From Candidatus Latescibacterota bacterium (GTDB lineage: Bacteria; Latescibacterota; UBA2968), in contig OZ242195.1 of assembly GCA_965205975.1 (NCBI GenBank), positions 3,648,001-3,712,000 of the forward strand: 64,000 nt of DNA, written 5' to 3'. Below are positions 9,290 to 18,808 of this stretch, one piece after another (the stretch's first letter is position 1; each line of letters starts with the position of its first letter). The notes beneath the pieces are model-generated. The model saw only the letters and a program-made list of their open reading frames with translations, did not search any database and was not told the DNA's origin. A program made the translations under genes and the position numbers.

Positions 9290-10740
9290 ACACTCCTTCC
9301 ATCGGCGATATACCGCTCGACCATCTCTCTGAACTCGCGCACAATACCCGGTTCCTGGTTAAACTTATTATACGACTCAAACGGATCATCCCCCATATGA
9401 TAAAGCTGACCCCTCGCCCCCGGCACAGGACCCGTGCCTGCACACCCATCCACACCGCGCCCCATATCTCCAGAATTATCGCAATCGACAATCAACTTCC
9501 AATCCCCTCGCCGAATCGAAAACACCCCCATGCAGGAATGGTGTATCAAATCATCCCGAACAGGCTCGTTCACACTCATCAACGCGGGCAAAAAACTCGC
9601 ACTATCTTCACCCGCATCTTCTGGAAGCGTCTCCCCCACAATATCCGCCACCGTCGCCATAAAATCCTGCAACCCGACCAGCGCATCGCAAACCGAATTG
9701 GGCGCAACAACACCCGGCCAGCGCGCGATAAACGGCTCTCTGTGTCCTCCCTCCCAGATAAACCCCTTAAAACCGCGCCAATCACCGCAAGACTTGTGAC
9801 CATACGTGCGACCATCACAACCCGGCAAAGCACCATTATCACTCGTCACAATAACCAGCGTATCATCCGCCAACCCACAGCGATCCAGCGCATCCATCAC
9901 CTGCCCCACCATCCAGTCAAACAGCGCGACCATATCCCCCCGGGGACCTGCCTCACTCGCACCGCGCAAAAACTCCGGCACACATTCGACCGTACACGGT
10001 TCATGCGGCGCAGAAGCCGCCAGATAGAGAAAAAATGGCGTATCTTCATCCCTCGCCCGCTCCTCAATATACGCCACAGCCTCCTCTGTAAAAGCCGGAT
10101 CCGCCTCCTTGTGGTCCCAATCCGGAACCATCAACCCGCGCCGACCACCCGCCATCTCAACCGGCTTTTGCACACTCGGAATACCCACCGTCTGATCCTG
10201 ATCGATAAAACAATAAGGCGGTTGCGCTGTCGAACAACCCGATGTCCCGTAAAACCTATCAAACCCCAGCTCAATCGGTCCGCCAGCAATCGGCTTTGAA
10301 AAATCAATCTTATCTTCCTCAACCGGATCGGGTGATCCACCCGGCCACGGCAGGGGCTGATCAAAATCAAACACCTCACCATCCTTCACACCCCAGCCCA
10401 AACCCAAATGCCACTTGCCAAAACACCCCGTGTGATATCCACACTTCTTCAACAAAGAAGCCACCGTCATACGCTCGGGTTCAATCAATGGCAGTTCGTA
10501 ATTGAACAACACATGGGCCTTCAACTCTGTGCGCCAGCAATAACGCCCGGTCAAAATCCCGTATCGCGTGGGCGTACACACCGCCGAAGGCGAATGTGCA
10601 TCTGTAAACCGCATCCCCTCGCGCGCCAACCGATCCATATACGGCGTGGGAATCTTCGACTGCGGATTATAACACCCCACATCCCCATAGCCCATATCAT
10701 CGGCGAGGATATAAACAATATTCGGACGTGTATTTCGCAT
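9286..10740 (-). CDS. Arylsulfatase (S1 family)
   Basis: PNIVYILADDMGYGD, CTPTR, GKWHLG, TSDNG, EGGHR. Confidence 0.92.
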   Translation of the reverse strand: MRNTRPNIVYILADDMGYGDVGCYNPQSKIPTPYMDRLAREGMRFTDAHSPSAVCTPTRYGILTGRYCWRTELKAHVLFNYELPLIEPERMTVASLLKKCGYHTGCFGKWHLGLGWGVKDGEVFDFDQPLPWPGGSPDPVEEDKIDFSKPIAGGPIELGFDRFYGTSGCSTAQPPYCFIDQDQTVGIPSVQKPVEMAGGRRGLMVPDWDHKEADPAFTEEAVAYIEERARDEDTPFFLYLAASAPHEPCTVECVPEFLRGASEAGPRGDMVALFDWMVGQVMDALDRCGLADDTLVIVTSDNGALPGCDGRTYGHKSCGDWRGFKGFIWEGGHREPFIARWPGVVAPNSVCDALVGLQDFMATVADIVGETLPEDAGEDSASFLPALMSVNEPVRDDLIHHSCMGVFSIRRGDWKLIVDCDNSGDMGRGVDGCAGTGPVPGARGQLYHMGDDPFESYNKFNQEPGIVREFREMVERYIADGRSV

Positions 10741-10742
10741 CT

Positions 10743-11153
10743 CTAATCCCTCATATTGATCCACGGTTCATCCCCTGACACATCGACCAGCACCTCACCA
10801 TCGAATTTAGCCGGAGACAAAATCGCCAGAAAAACCAGATCCTCATCCCCGGCATTATACGTCCCATGCACCATATCCATCGGAATATGCGCCGCATCTC
10901 CCGGACCCAGAATTTGCGAATCCCTACCCACCCACTGTTCCGCCGTCCCCGAAATCACATAAATAATCTCTTCCATACACGGATGGCGATGAAACGCGTG
11001 CGCATTGCCTGGCGGCATCGTCACCCGCACCAGCAACAAATGATCCGCCTCGGTCAACCCCTCCCGACTGATCCACTCGTGCGGCCCCCACGGCAATTCC
11101 TCCACCTGCACATCGCCTTGCCTGATAAACCTGAGTACATGGGATTTTGACAT
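10743..11153 (-). CDS. Cupin domain protein
   Basis: HRHPCMEE...GD...IP....H cupin metal motifs; RBS AAGGAG. Confidence 0.85.
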   Translation of the reverse strand: MSKSHVLRFIRQGDVQVEELPWGPHEWISREGLTEADHLLLVRVTMPPGNAHAFHRHPCMEEIIYVISGTAEQWVGRDSQILGPGDAAHIPMDMVHGTYNAGDEDLVFLAILSPAKFDGEVLVDVSGDEPWINMRD

Positions 11154-11327
11154 CGGCGCACTCCTTCTCGCGCTTAATAAGACTGGAATTAGCCAAAATA
11201 AGCCAAATATTTTATTTACAATTAATTATATCAATAAATTCAAGAATAAGACTGAATAAGACCGAATGAGCCAAACCATTTATTAACAAATGGTTATATC
11301 ATATCAATTCGAGAATAAGACCTAATA

Positions 11328-11410
11328 AGCCAAACTTGAGCCAAACTTGAGCCAAACTTGAGCCAAACTTGAGCCAAACTTGAGCCAAACTTGAGCCAAA
11401 CTTGAGCCAA
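11328..11410. repeat. Tandem array of 11-bp unit AGCCAAACTTG (7 full + partial copy)
   Basis: Read directly; preceded by an AT-rich stretch with degenerate AATAAGAC..AGCCAAA motifs. Confidence 0.95.
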
Positions 11411-11419
11411 CACCTCAAG

Positions 11420-12814
11420 TTATAAACGGTTCCACCTTGCATCCCACCCACGACCTGTGGACACCGCCAGCCCAAGCATCTTCAAAATAGCTAAATCTTC
11501 CCGCACCTGCCTTTGGCTGGCCTGCAACTTCATCTGGGCATATATCTCGCGCAATGCCAGACCTTGACCAGCATGATCCAGCATGACAAGAATCGCTTGT
11601 TGTCGCTCGGTCAAGTCTCGCCCTACGCGCTGAGGCGGCACGTATTGGCTGGGGCGAAAGCGCACCGTCACGCAACTGGACACATCCTCAATCTCGGGTT
11701 TTGGCAGACCGGCAGATGTTGTCAACTCTGCCATCTTGAGCGTGCCGCGTCCCCATTGCTCAATGATACCACGTCGGTAGAATACACCAGCGATCAAGGG
11801 ATTCCAGGGTAGCGACTCGTGCGTCTCAAACAATTTCTCCGCAGTCAACCCAAAATGCAGCGAACCAGACGAAGTCACCTCAAGACGGTCATCGTATATC
11901 GCCACGGCCACTGAGCCACCGCCGATTGAGTAATCCCGATGGCACAGTGCGTTCGCCAATGCCTCGCGCAACGCGACCGGTGGATAGAGCGGCTCATCCA
12001 CCCTCTCAAAGATATTTGGAATGATACGCCCCGCTATGGGCAAGTTTTCGATCATAAAACGCTCTGCTCTTGTAAGCAAGGTGAAAGCATTCCCGCGAAA
12101 CTGTCGATTGTCGAGAAAATCCGTACGATCAACGCCGCGAAAACGGGCAACTCGGAGCAGACACTGCGGCATCTCAGCCTCAATCCGCTCAGTAGTCCCA
12201 AACAGCACAACCGCGGCACGCAATAATACGCCGCCTTTGATTAACCCAAGACCCCGCAACAACGCCTCTGGATCGCGTGTCCCCGGATCCTCGGCGCGTC
12301 CTCGGCGGATTGCTTCATCAACTGTGCGATGGATCTCAGATATGTCGAGATCATCAACTGACCAGTCGGTGGCAGGTTGATTCTCCCAACGTTGTTCGCT
12401 GTGCATCCGTTCGAACAACATTTGATTGTATTCATCACGCGACATACTCAAATTGGTATTCCCAACCCGGCGATAGGCGATGCCTCTGTAGCTGTAAGGC
12501 TTCATCTGACCTTGACTAACGCTCACCACAATCACCTCCCGACCTTCCCCCCCAGGAACCCGCTCAATTGCGGGAAAAGCCGGTGGATCAAGCTGCTGGA
12601 TCTCCTCACTCACATCCTCAACCGTGCGATCACTCACCTGCTGGCCGGTCACTTTTCCTCCCGGCGTAACACCAAACAGGACATTTCCTCCCCGATGATT
12701 GAGCATGGCACAAACAGTTTGAGTAGCCTCACGGCGTCTTCCAGTCGTCTGCTTGAACTCCAGCGTCTCGGACTCGCCAGTTGCAATTAGAGATGTGATG
12801 TACTCAAGCGTCAT
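11420..12814 (-). CDS. AlbA_2 (Schlafen-like) + HATPase_c_4 + HTH protein (RecG-C-like regulator)
   Basis: GESETLEFK, AMLN..GG...FGV, REALANALCHRDY, NPLIA, EQWGRG, C-terminal wHTH. Confidence 0.85.
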   Translation of the reverse strand: MTLEYITSLIATGESETLEFKQTTGRRREATQTVCAMLNHRGGNVLFGVTPGGKVTGQQVSDRTVEDVSEEIQQLDPPAFPAIERVPGGEGREVIVVSVSQGQMKPYSYRGIAYRRVGNTNLSMSRDEYNQMLFERMHSEQRWENQPATDWSVDDLDISEIHRTVDEAIRRGRAEDPGTRDPEALLRGLGLIKGGVLLRAAVVLFGTTERIEAEMPQCLLRVARFRGVDRTDFLDNRQFRGNAFTLLTRAERFMIENLPIAGRIIPNIFERVDEPLYPPVALREALANALCHRDYSIGGGSVAVAIYDDRLEVTSSGSLHFGLTAEKLFETHESLPWNPLIAGVFYRRGIIEQWGRGTLKMAELTTSAGLPKPEIEDVSSCVTVRFRPSQYVPPQRVGRDLTERQQAILVMLDHAGQGLALREIYAQMKLQASQRQVREDLAILKMLGLAVSTGRGWDARWNRL

Positions 12815-12881
12815 GGACGAATCTCCGCATTGCGTCGCCTAATCTTGATCTACTTAGTCAGATATGAGGTCTCAATTTCTC

Positions 12882-14381
12882 TCAAATCAAATCGCGCGCA
12901 TCGACAATAGCTTTCAGCTTTGCCTCCGCCACACTTGCCGAAGCCACGGGATTATCGGCGAACGTGGCAAAACCGCAATCCGGTGTCAGCAAAACGCGCG
13001 CTTCTCCAAACAGATTGATCGCCTCTGAAATTCGCCGCCGAATATCTTCCACCAACTCCACCGAATCCAGCTTCTGATTCACCACACCAACCCCTACGCG
13101 CTTATCGTCCGGAACCGCTTTCAACACACCCACATCACCAGCCCGCTCGGTACAAAGCTCCAGAAACAGCGACCCCACATCCACCCGCTTCAGCACATCC
13201 ATCAGCGCACCATACCCCCCGGAAAGCGCCGCGGACTCATCCCGCGTCCAATTGCCCCGGCACATATGCAACCCCAGCCGCTCCCCCGGCAAACCCCGCA
13301 CAACCTCATTCAAAAGGCCGACCGCAAAATCGAGCTCCACCGACGCCTCTAACTTCTCGCTCAAAGCCCCACACATAAAACTGCGATTCCCGGTCGCACC
13401 CCCAAAAACCACCTCTGTCAAAACCGGCTCATCGAACTGCACCAGCGCAACACCCGCCGCCAGCAAAAAATGCACCTCCTCCCGCAAAACCCGCACCACA
13501 TCCCGCGCCAATTCATCCCGCGACTCGTACGGACGCTCCCTGAGACAATCCAGCCACATCGTACGCGTCAGCAAATAAGGCCCGGGCAGCGCCACCTTTA
13601 TCGGCTTATCCGAACAAGAACTCGCAAACTCAAACTCGTGAACCGCCAGCGGGCGACTCCGCCCCAACTTCCCGTACACCACCGGATGCCGCACCTCAGC
13701 CGCCGGAACATCCAGCGCGCGCAGCTCCCGCTCAAACTTCTCCGAATCATCCACCATCGCCGTCAAATCGCTCAGCGGAATAAGCTGGCAATTATCCAGC
13801 AACCCACCCACAAAACTCGCATAACTATCCCGACGCTGCTCCCCATCCGTCAGCACATCAACCCCCGCGCGAGACTGCGCCCCAATACAAAGCCGCACCG
13901 CATCATCCGCCGTCGCCTGAAACTCTGCCTCATCCAACCTGCCCTCGAGCCGATCATGCACCGCCTGCAGCATCCAGCGAGGACGCGGCCAACTCCCAAT
14001 CCCCATAACAGACAACGGCGCAATCCCCGGCGCGGGCGCAGGACCCGGCAGCGACTCGGGAATCGTCACCGCCACCCGAAGTTGCTCCCCAACAGAAGCC
14101 ACAGCCCACCCGCGATCCTCAAACGGCCCCTTGCAAACGAGATAACTGCGCTGCCGCCCCACCTTTGTCCACGACACCAACTCATTGCTCGTCAACCGAC
14201 ACCATGCGGGCAACTCGACCTCAACCGTCGCATCCGTCGATAAAATCTCCAGCAACCCACCGCGCGCCAGCGGGTCAATATGCCGGCGAATCAGCAATAA
14301 CAAACCGCCGCCGCAATCCAAATCTCCACCGTCAAAACTGACATCGGACGCATATTTGTGTCGTTCTATCGGCTCCAACAC
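12882..14381 (-). CDS. Cobalamin-independent methionine synthase II-like protein with N-terminal TusA-like domain
   Basis: N-term DGGDLDCG...LPAWCR (TusA fold); GSWPRP, TDGEQRR, QFDEP, Zn ligands HMC, E and TPDCG. Confidence 0.85.
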   Translation of the reverse strand: MLEPIERHKYASDVSFDGGDLDCGGGLLLLIRRHIDPLARGGLLEILSTDATVEVELPAWCRLTSNELVSWTKVGRQRSYLVCKGPFEDRGWAVASVGEQLRVAVTIPESLPGPAPAPGIAPLSVMGIGSWPRPRWMLQAVHDRLEGRLDEAEFQATADDAVRLCIGAQSRAGVDVLTDGEQRRDSYASFVGGLLDNCQLIPLSDLTAMVDDSEKFERELRALDVPAAEVRHPVVYGKLGRSRPLAVHEFEFASSCSDKPIKVALPGPYLLTRTMWLDCLRERPYESRDELARDVVRVLREEVHFLLAAGVALVQFDEPVLTEVVFGGATGNRSFMCGALSEKLEASVELDFAVGLLNEVVRGLPGERLGLHMCRGNWTRDESAALSGGYGALMDVLKRVDVGSLFLELCTERAGDVGVLKAVPDDKRVGVGVVNQKLDSVELVEDIRRRISEAINLFGEARVLLTPDCGFATFADNPVASASVAEAKLKAIVDARDLI

Positions 14382-14386
14382 ACCTC

Positions 14387-14749
14387 CTAATACGTAATAC
14401 AGGGCGTCCCATCGGAAAGAAACTCCACCAGCGCAGCGCCCCCAACCATAATTGCCCCATCGACCAGATTATTTTCATCCAAACCGCGCTTCTTAAAACA
14501 CGGCGCACACACGTAAATCGTCCCACCACCACCCACAAACAAATCCATAAGATCCTTCAGCGGCAAAAAACCCTCCTCTGCCACATCGTCGGCATAGCCC
14601 TTCTGGGAAAGCCGAACGCCCTCCGTAGTCATAAAAAGGAGCGTCTCCTTCTCCGATCCCAGCGCGGCATTGGCAACTACAAAAGCCACAGTCGCTTTAT
14701 CCGTATCGTCCTTCGCACAAGTCAAACTAACACAGAATTTTCCAGCCAC
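14387..14749 (-). CDS. DsrE/DsrF-like family protein
   Basis: 120 aa; F...EGV.L, GG.IYVCAPC..KRG; RBS AAGGAG, GTG start. Confidence 0.85.
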   Translation of the reverse strand: MAGKFCVSLTCAKDDTDKATVAFVVANAALGSEKETLLFMTTEGVRLSQKGYADDVAEEGFLPLKDLMDLFVGGGGTIYVCAPCFKKRGLDENNLVDGAIMVGGAALVEFLSDGTPCITY

Positions 14750-14764
14750 TTATTTCTCCTTATA

Positions 14765-15004
14765 TTATTTTAGTTTCTCTTCTATCCAGTAAAACGGGTG
14801 ATCCGCACGAACCATCCGCCGCCCAGTCATGCGGCACCAGGCGGGCAAATCAACAGGCGCGCCCGGATCATAAGCCGTAAGCTTCAAAACCTCGCCCTCC
14901 TCGAGCTTTTGCATCCGCATTCGAAGCAAAATAATAACCTCGCCGCACCCCATGTGTCCCGCATCCCATTCATCGGCTGCGACAATATCTCGTTCATCCG
15001 ACAT
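14765..15004 (-). CDS. Sulfurtransferase TusA/SirA family protein
   Basis: WDAGHMGCGE...GEVLKL...DPGA..DLPAWCRMTG. Confidence 0.85.
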   Translation of the reverse strand: MSDERDIVAADEWDAGHMGCGEVIILLRMRMQKLEEGEVLKLTAYDPGAPVDLPAWCRMTGRRMVRADHPFYWIEEKLK

Positions 15005-15006
15005 CT

Positions 15007-16383
15007 TCACTCCTGCGGCAATTCCTCGGCACTAATATCGATCTCCTCGATCAACCGCGCCAGATCTGCTTCTACCTCTGCCTGCACATCGGCATACGCC
15101 GGATCGCCGTACACACTCGTCATCTCCCAGGGATCCTTTTCCAAATCGAACAAATCGCGCTCGCCCGTTCGATGTACCGCGAGCGTATAATTTTGCGTAC
15201 GCACGCCATAGTGCTTCGTCGGCCCATCCCAATACGCATAAAAAGCCGACTGCCGCCAATCCTCTATCGTCTCCCCCTCACACAGCGCGCGAAAACTTCT
15301 GCCCTGCACCTGTGCATCGGGTTGCAACCCGGCAAAATCGAGATACGTCGCGCCAAAATCTACATTCACCACAATATCCTCATTCACCGAACCCGGCGCA
15401 ATCGCCCCTGGATACCGCATCACATAAGGCATGAGAAGCGACTCCTCCAGAATCAAACGCTTATCAAAATACGAATGCTCGCCCAAAAACATACCCTGAT
15501 CAGAAGTATATACCACAATCGTATTCTCCGTCAACCCCTCCTCATCCAGATAATCCAGCAACCGCCCCACACCCTCATCAATCGCCGTAATACACCGCAA
15601 ATAATCCTTTACATACTTCTGATAAGCCGCATGAATCTTCTCCGTCGTATTCATCCCCGTCGTATCCAACCGCCCCGTAGGCCACGCTCTTCCCCGGACG
15701 CCCTCATCCATCCGCTCGGCCTGCGAGAGCATCGTGCGGTGATGATTCTCCAACGCGCTGGACACCTTGTCAAACGGCTTATACAAATTCGACGGCTCGG
15801 GCAAATCCCCATCCGCAAACAAATCCGCATGACGAGGCGCGTACTCCCACAAACCATGGGGCGCTTTGTGGTGACACAGCATCAAAAAGGGCTTATCCGG
15901 ATCGCGAGCCTTCAACCAGTTGAGCGACAAATCCGTAATAATATCCGTCGCGTACCCCTCGTACTGCGTCGGCTCGCCATTGCGCGTAAACGACGGATCA
16001 AAATAAGCCCCCTGTCCCGGCAACACCTCCCAATAATCAAACCCATCCGGCTCAGACCCCAAATGCCACTTACCCGCAATACCCGTTTGATATCCAGAAG
16101 CCTGCAACTGCCGCACAAAATTGGGGTGATCGTCACTCAGCGGTTGATTCAACCGCAACACCCCATTTTTATGGCTATATTGCCCCGTAATAATACTCGC
16201 CCTGCTCGGCGAACACAGCGCATTATTGCAAATACAATTGTCAAACCGCATCCCCTCACGAGCGATGCGGTCAATATTCGGTGTATCCACCACCTCATTC
16301 AGCCATCCGTTATAACAACTGATGGCATTCACGGTATGATCATCAGACATAATGTAGAGAATATTGGGACGTGGATCAGACAT
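15007..16383 (-). CDS. Sulfatase (S1 family)
   Basis: Own RBS GGAGG and ATG (MSDPRPNILYIMSDDH), CSPSR, GKWHLG, TSDQG. Confidence 0.9.
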   Translation of the reverse strand: MSDPRPNILYIMSDDHTVNAISCYNGWLNEVVDTPNIDRIAREGMRFDNCICNNALCSPSRASIITGQYSHKNGVLRLNQPLSDDHPNFVRQLQASGYQTGIAGKWHLGSEPDGFDYWEVLPGQGAYFDPSFTRNGEPTQYEGYATDIITDLSLNWLKARDPDKPFLMLCHHKAPHGLWEYAPRHADLFADGDLPEPSNLYKPFDKVSSALENHHRTMLSQAERMDEGVRGRAWPTGRLDTTGMNTTEKIHAAYQKYVKDYLRCITAIDEGVGRLLDYLDEEGLTENTIVVYTSDQGMFLGEHSYFDKRLILEESLLMPYVMRYPGAIAPGSVNEDIVVNVDFGATYLDFAGLQPDAQVQGRSFRALCEGETIEDWRQSAFYAYWDGPTKHYGVRTQNYTLAVHRTGERDLFDLEKDPWEMTSVYGDPAYADVQAEVEADLARLIEEIDISAEELPQE

Positions 16384-16758
16384 TAAAATTCCTCCAGTGG
16401 TTAAGTGTAGCACTCCCGATTCATGGCGTATGATTTCCTCAATTTGTAAGACTACGCCGGGCAATTCGACAATAACAATGTTCCACACAATATCAAAATT
16501 AACACCAAAATAATGATGAATGAGTCTGTCCCTGACGCCCGCCATACTTTTCCAAGGGACATTTGGATATTTGGTACGAAGTTCTGTGGATAGATTTTTA
16601 GTCGCTTCTCCAATAATTTCCAGATTGCGTATCACGGCATCCTGCGTCCTCGTATCCGACAAAAACGTTTCATAAGTCATTCCAGCCGTATAGACTTTTA
16701 TCCGCCGTGCGGCTTCTCGAATATCACTCAGAAAGTCTATATTTGTTCGATTAGACAT
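16384..16758 (-). CDS. HepT-like (DUF86) HEPN ribonuclease; no stop codon, in frame with downstream sulfatase
   Basis: DAVIRNLEIIGEA, PW...G.RDRLIHHY (Rx4HxY); 125 codons continuing into the sulfatase ATG. Confidence 0.85.
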
Positions 16759-17059
16759 ACACGATACTTTCTTTGATATTCTGGGCAACATGCGGAATTC
16801 GAATCCCTTGAATACCAGCATCGGTCAGGACATCTACCCGTTTGCCCAGGATAGCCTCAAGATATTCGCTAAACTCAATGAACCGAAGACCTATTGGATG
16901 TTCAAATTCCACAACAAGGTCAATGTCACTTGATTGGGTGGGCGTACCTTTCGCATAAGACCCAAACAAACCTATTCTCTTAACCCCGTACTCAGACGCC
17001 AGATAAGGGCGGTTTTCCGAGAGAATATTTGCGATTTTTTCTTTTGTCAACATTGCCAT
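16751..17059 (-). CDS. MntA-like minimal nucleotidyltransferase antitoxin
   Basis: IGLFGSYAKG.....SDIDL (GSx10DxD), VD; overlaps the HepT start. Confidence 0.88.
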   Translation of the reverse strand: MAMLTKEKIANILSENRPYLASEYGVKRIGLFGSYAKGTPTQSSDIDLVVEFEHPIGLRFIEFSEYLEAILGKRVDVLTDAGIQGIRIPHVAQNIKESIVYV

Positions 17060-17087
17060 TTTCTCCCTCAAGTGAATTCTCTTTCTT

Positions 17088-18347
17088 CTACTCCGGAACA
17101 TAATCATCAATAAATTCCGGCATCATATCCAACACCTTTTGCAAGCGTTCACGCGCCGCTTCAGAATCGGCATCGCCCTGCCCCAAAACAATATCGTACT
17201 CTTCCAGCCGATCCGCAGGCACATCGTAAAACCGCCCATCGTGATAAATTTTAAACCGATGTTCCCGCGCAAACTGCCCCGCGTGATCTTGACCAAAACC
17301 AAAACGCGGGTTGTAATGACAAAAAATCCAATCCCTCGGATCGCCCCGTTCGCCCCGCAACTGGGGCAAAAAACTCCGCCCATCACACGGCATCCCCTCT
17401 GGAATAGGCGCATCTGCCAAATCCATCAGCGTCGGCAAAAAATCGCTAAAATCCACCAGATCATCTAACACCACGCCCTCTGGCGCCACACCCTTCCAAA
17501 AAGCAATAAAAGGCACATGTGTCCCCGCATCCGGCATCGTGCCCTTACCGCCCACAATCTCGACACCACCCTCAAGCTGGGACGTAATCGTGCGATGCGT
17601 ACCATTATCACTCGTAAACATCACCAGCGTATTCTCGAGCAAATCCAGCGCCTCGAGCTTCTCCACAATCCGCCCCACCAGCTTATCCGCATACGCCACC
17701 ATATCGGCAAAATAGCGCGTATCCTGCTCACCTCTCCGACCTCTATCCCGCCACTCCGGGCTATCGGGCGTGGGAACAAAAGGCGCGTGAACCAGAATCA
17801 TCGGATAATAAGCAAAAAAAGGCACATCCCGATGTCGCTCAATAAAATCCAGCAAATAATCACAACAAATATCGGGACCATACCGATCTTCGATATAATC
17901 GTCTGGCAACCATTCCCCATTACATTCAATTTGCGGATTTGCATATCGCCCCTTTGCAACGCGTGCAGGATCTTCTGGAAGCGGCGTCATATTCCACAAA
18001 CAATGCTCGTCAAACCCAAAATGCGCCGGCATCTTATTATCCTTACTCAACTGCCACTTACCCGCAACACACGTAGCATACCCCGCATCCTTTAACAAAT
18101 TGCCAAACGTCTTTTCTTTGGGATTCAAATAGGCGAACCTGTCGTAATTCCGAAAATTGTACTGCCCCGTCATAATCTCCACGCGAGAAGGCGTACACAG
18201 CGGCGTCGAATAACAATGGGAAAAGAGAATCCCCCGCGATGCCAGATCGTCCAATACTGGCGTCTCATAAGTCGTACTCCCGTAACAACTCAAACACTCA
18301 AACCCCATATCATCTGCCATAATCAACACAACATTTGGTCTCGCCAT
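17088..18347 (-). CDS. Sulfatase (S1 family)
   Basis: RPNVVLIMADDMG, CTPSR, GKWQL, TSDNG. Confidence 0.9.
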   Translation of the reverse strand: MARPNVVLIMADDMGFECLSCYGSTTYETPVLDDLASRGILFSHCYSTPLCTPSRVEIMTGQYNFRNYDRFAYLNPKEKTFGNLLKDAGYATCVAGKWQLSKDNKMPAHFGFDEHCLWNMTPLPEDPARVAKGRYANPQIECNGEWLPDDYIEDRYGPDICCDYLLDFIERHRDVPFFAYYPMILVHAPFVPTPDSPEWRDRGRRGEQDTRYFADMVAYADKLVGRIVEKLEALDLLENTLVMFTSDNGTHRTITSQLEGGVEIVGGKGTMPDAGTHVPFIAFWKGVAPEGVVLDDLVDFSDFLPTLMDLADAPIPEGMPCDGRSFLPQLRGERGDPRDWIFCHYNPRFGFGQDHAGQFAREHRFKIYHDGRFYDVPADRLEEYDIVLGQGDADSEAARERLQKVLDMMPEFIDDYVPE

Positions 18348-18808
18348 ACGCTCCTCACCGGGAATGATTCTGTTTATTTTAGAACAATTAAGATATACCT
18401 TCAGCAGAACACAGTCCACTTGAAAAAATCGGCATCTCTATCTTTGATAGGGAGGGAAGTAACACTATTATCTAATTGACTTTCTAACTGATGTTACGCA
18501 AGAACCACTGCAACAGCCACCTGGTCAAGCGGTACATATCTTTCACATAACCACTCATTTATCGCTCAAAATATACACTTTTTCCGCCGACATTTGTGCT
18601 CCTTCACCTCCGCTTCAACAAACATTCCAAAAATTCAAGTTGTGAATAAAACCGCAATACTACATATTGAAGGCATAATGAGGTGCCTGCATTTCTGTCG
18701 AGTCCCTTTTATCGCTCAATTCTGTGATAATTGGCCTGATATTTGCTTGAGGTCTGACTGTTGCGTTTGTCCAAAATACAACCAACCTTCAGATCTGAGG
18801 CATCTCAC

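Noticed and set aside
11328..11410. Possible CRISPR array
   Set aside because: The 11-bp units are head-to-tail with no unique spacers, and there are no cas genes.
12882..14381. Calling this gene metE
   Set aside because: It has a single catalytic barrel plus a TusA domain; the folate-binding N-terminal half of true MetE is absent, so the function is uncertain.
15007..16821. 604-aa ORF treated as one ordinary sulfatase
   Set aside because: It is a HepT domain starting at 16758 plus a sulfatase with its own RBS at 16383; the upstream extension overlaps mntA.
18420..18560. Possible cobalamin riboswitch (GGGAAG, CCACTG words)
   Set aside because: Motif order and pairing do not fit the fold, and it is not adjacent to the MetE-like gene; an Rfam scan would settle it.
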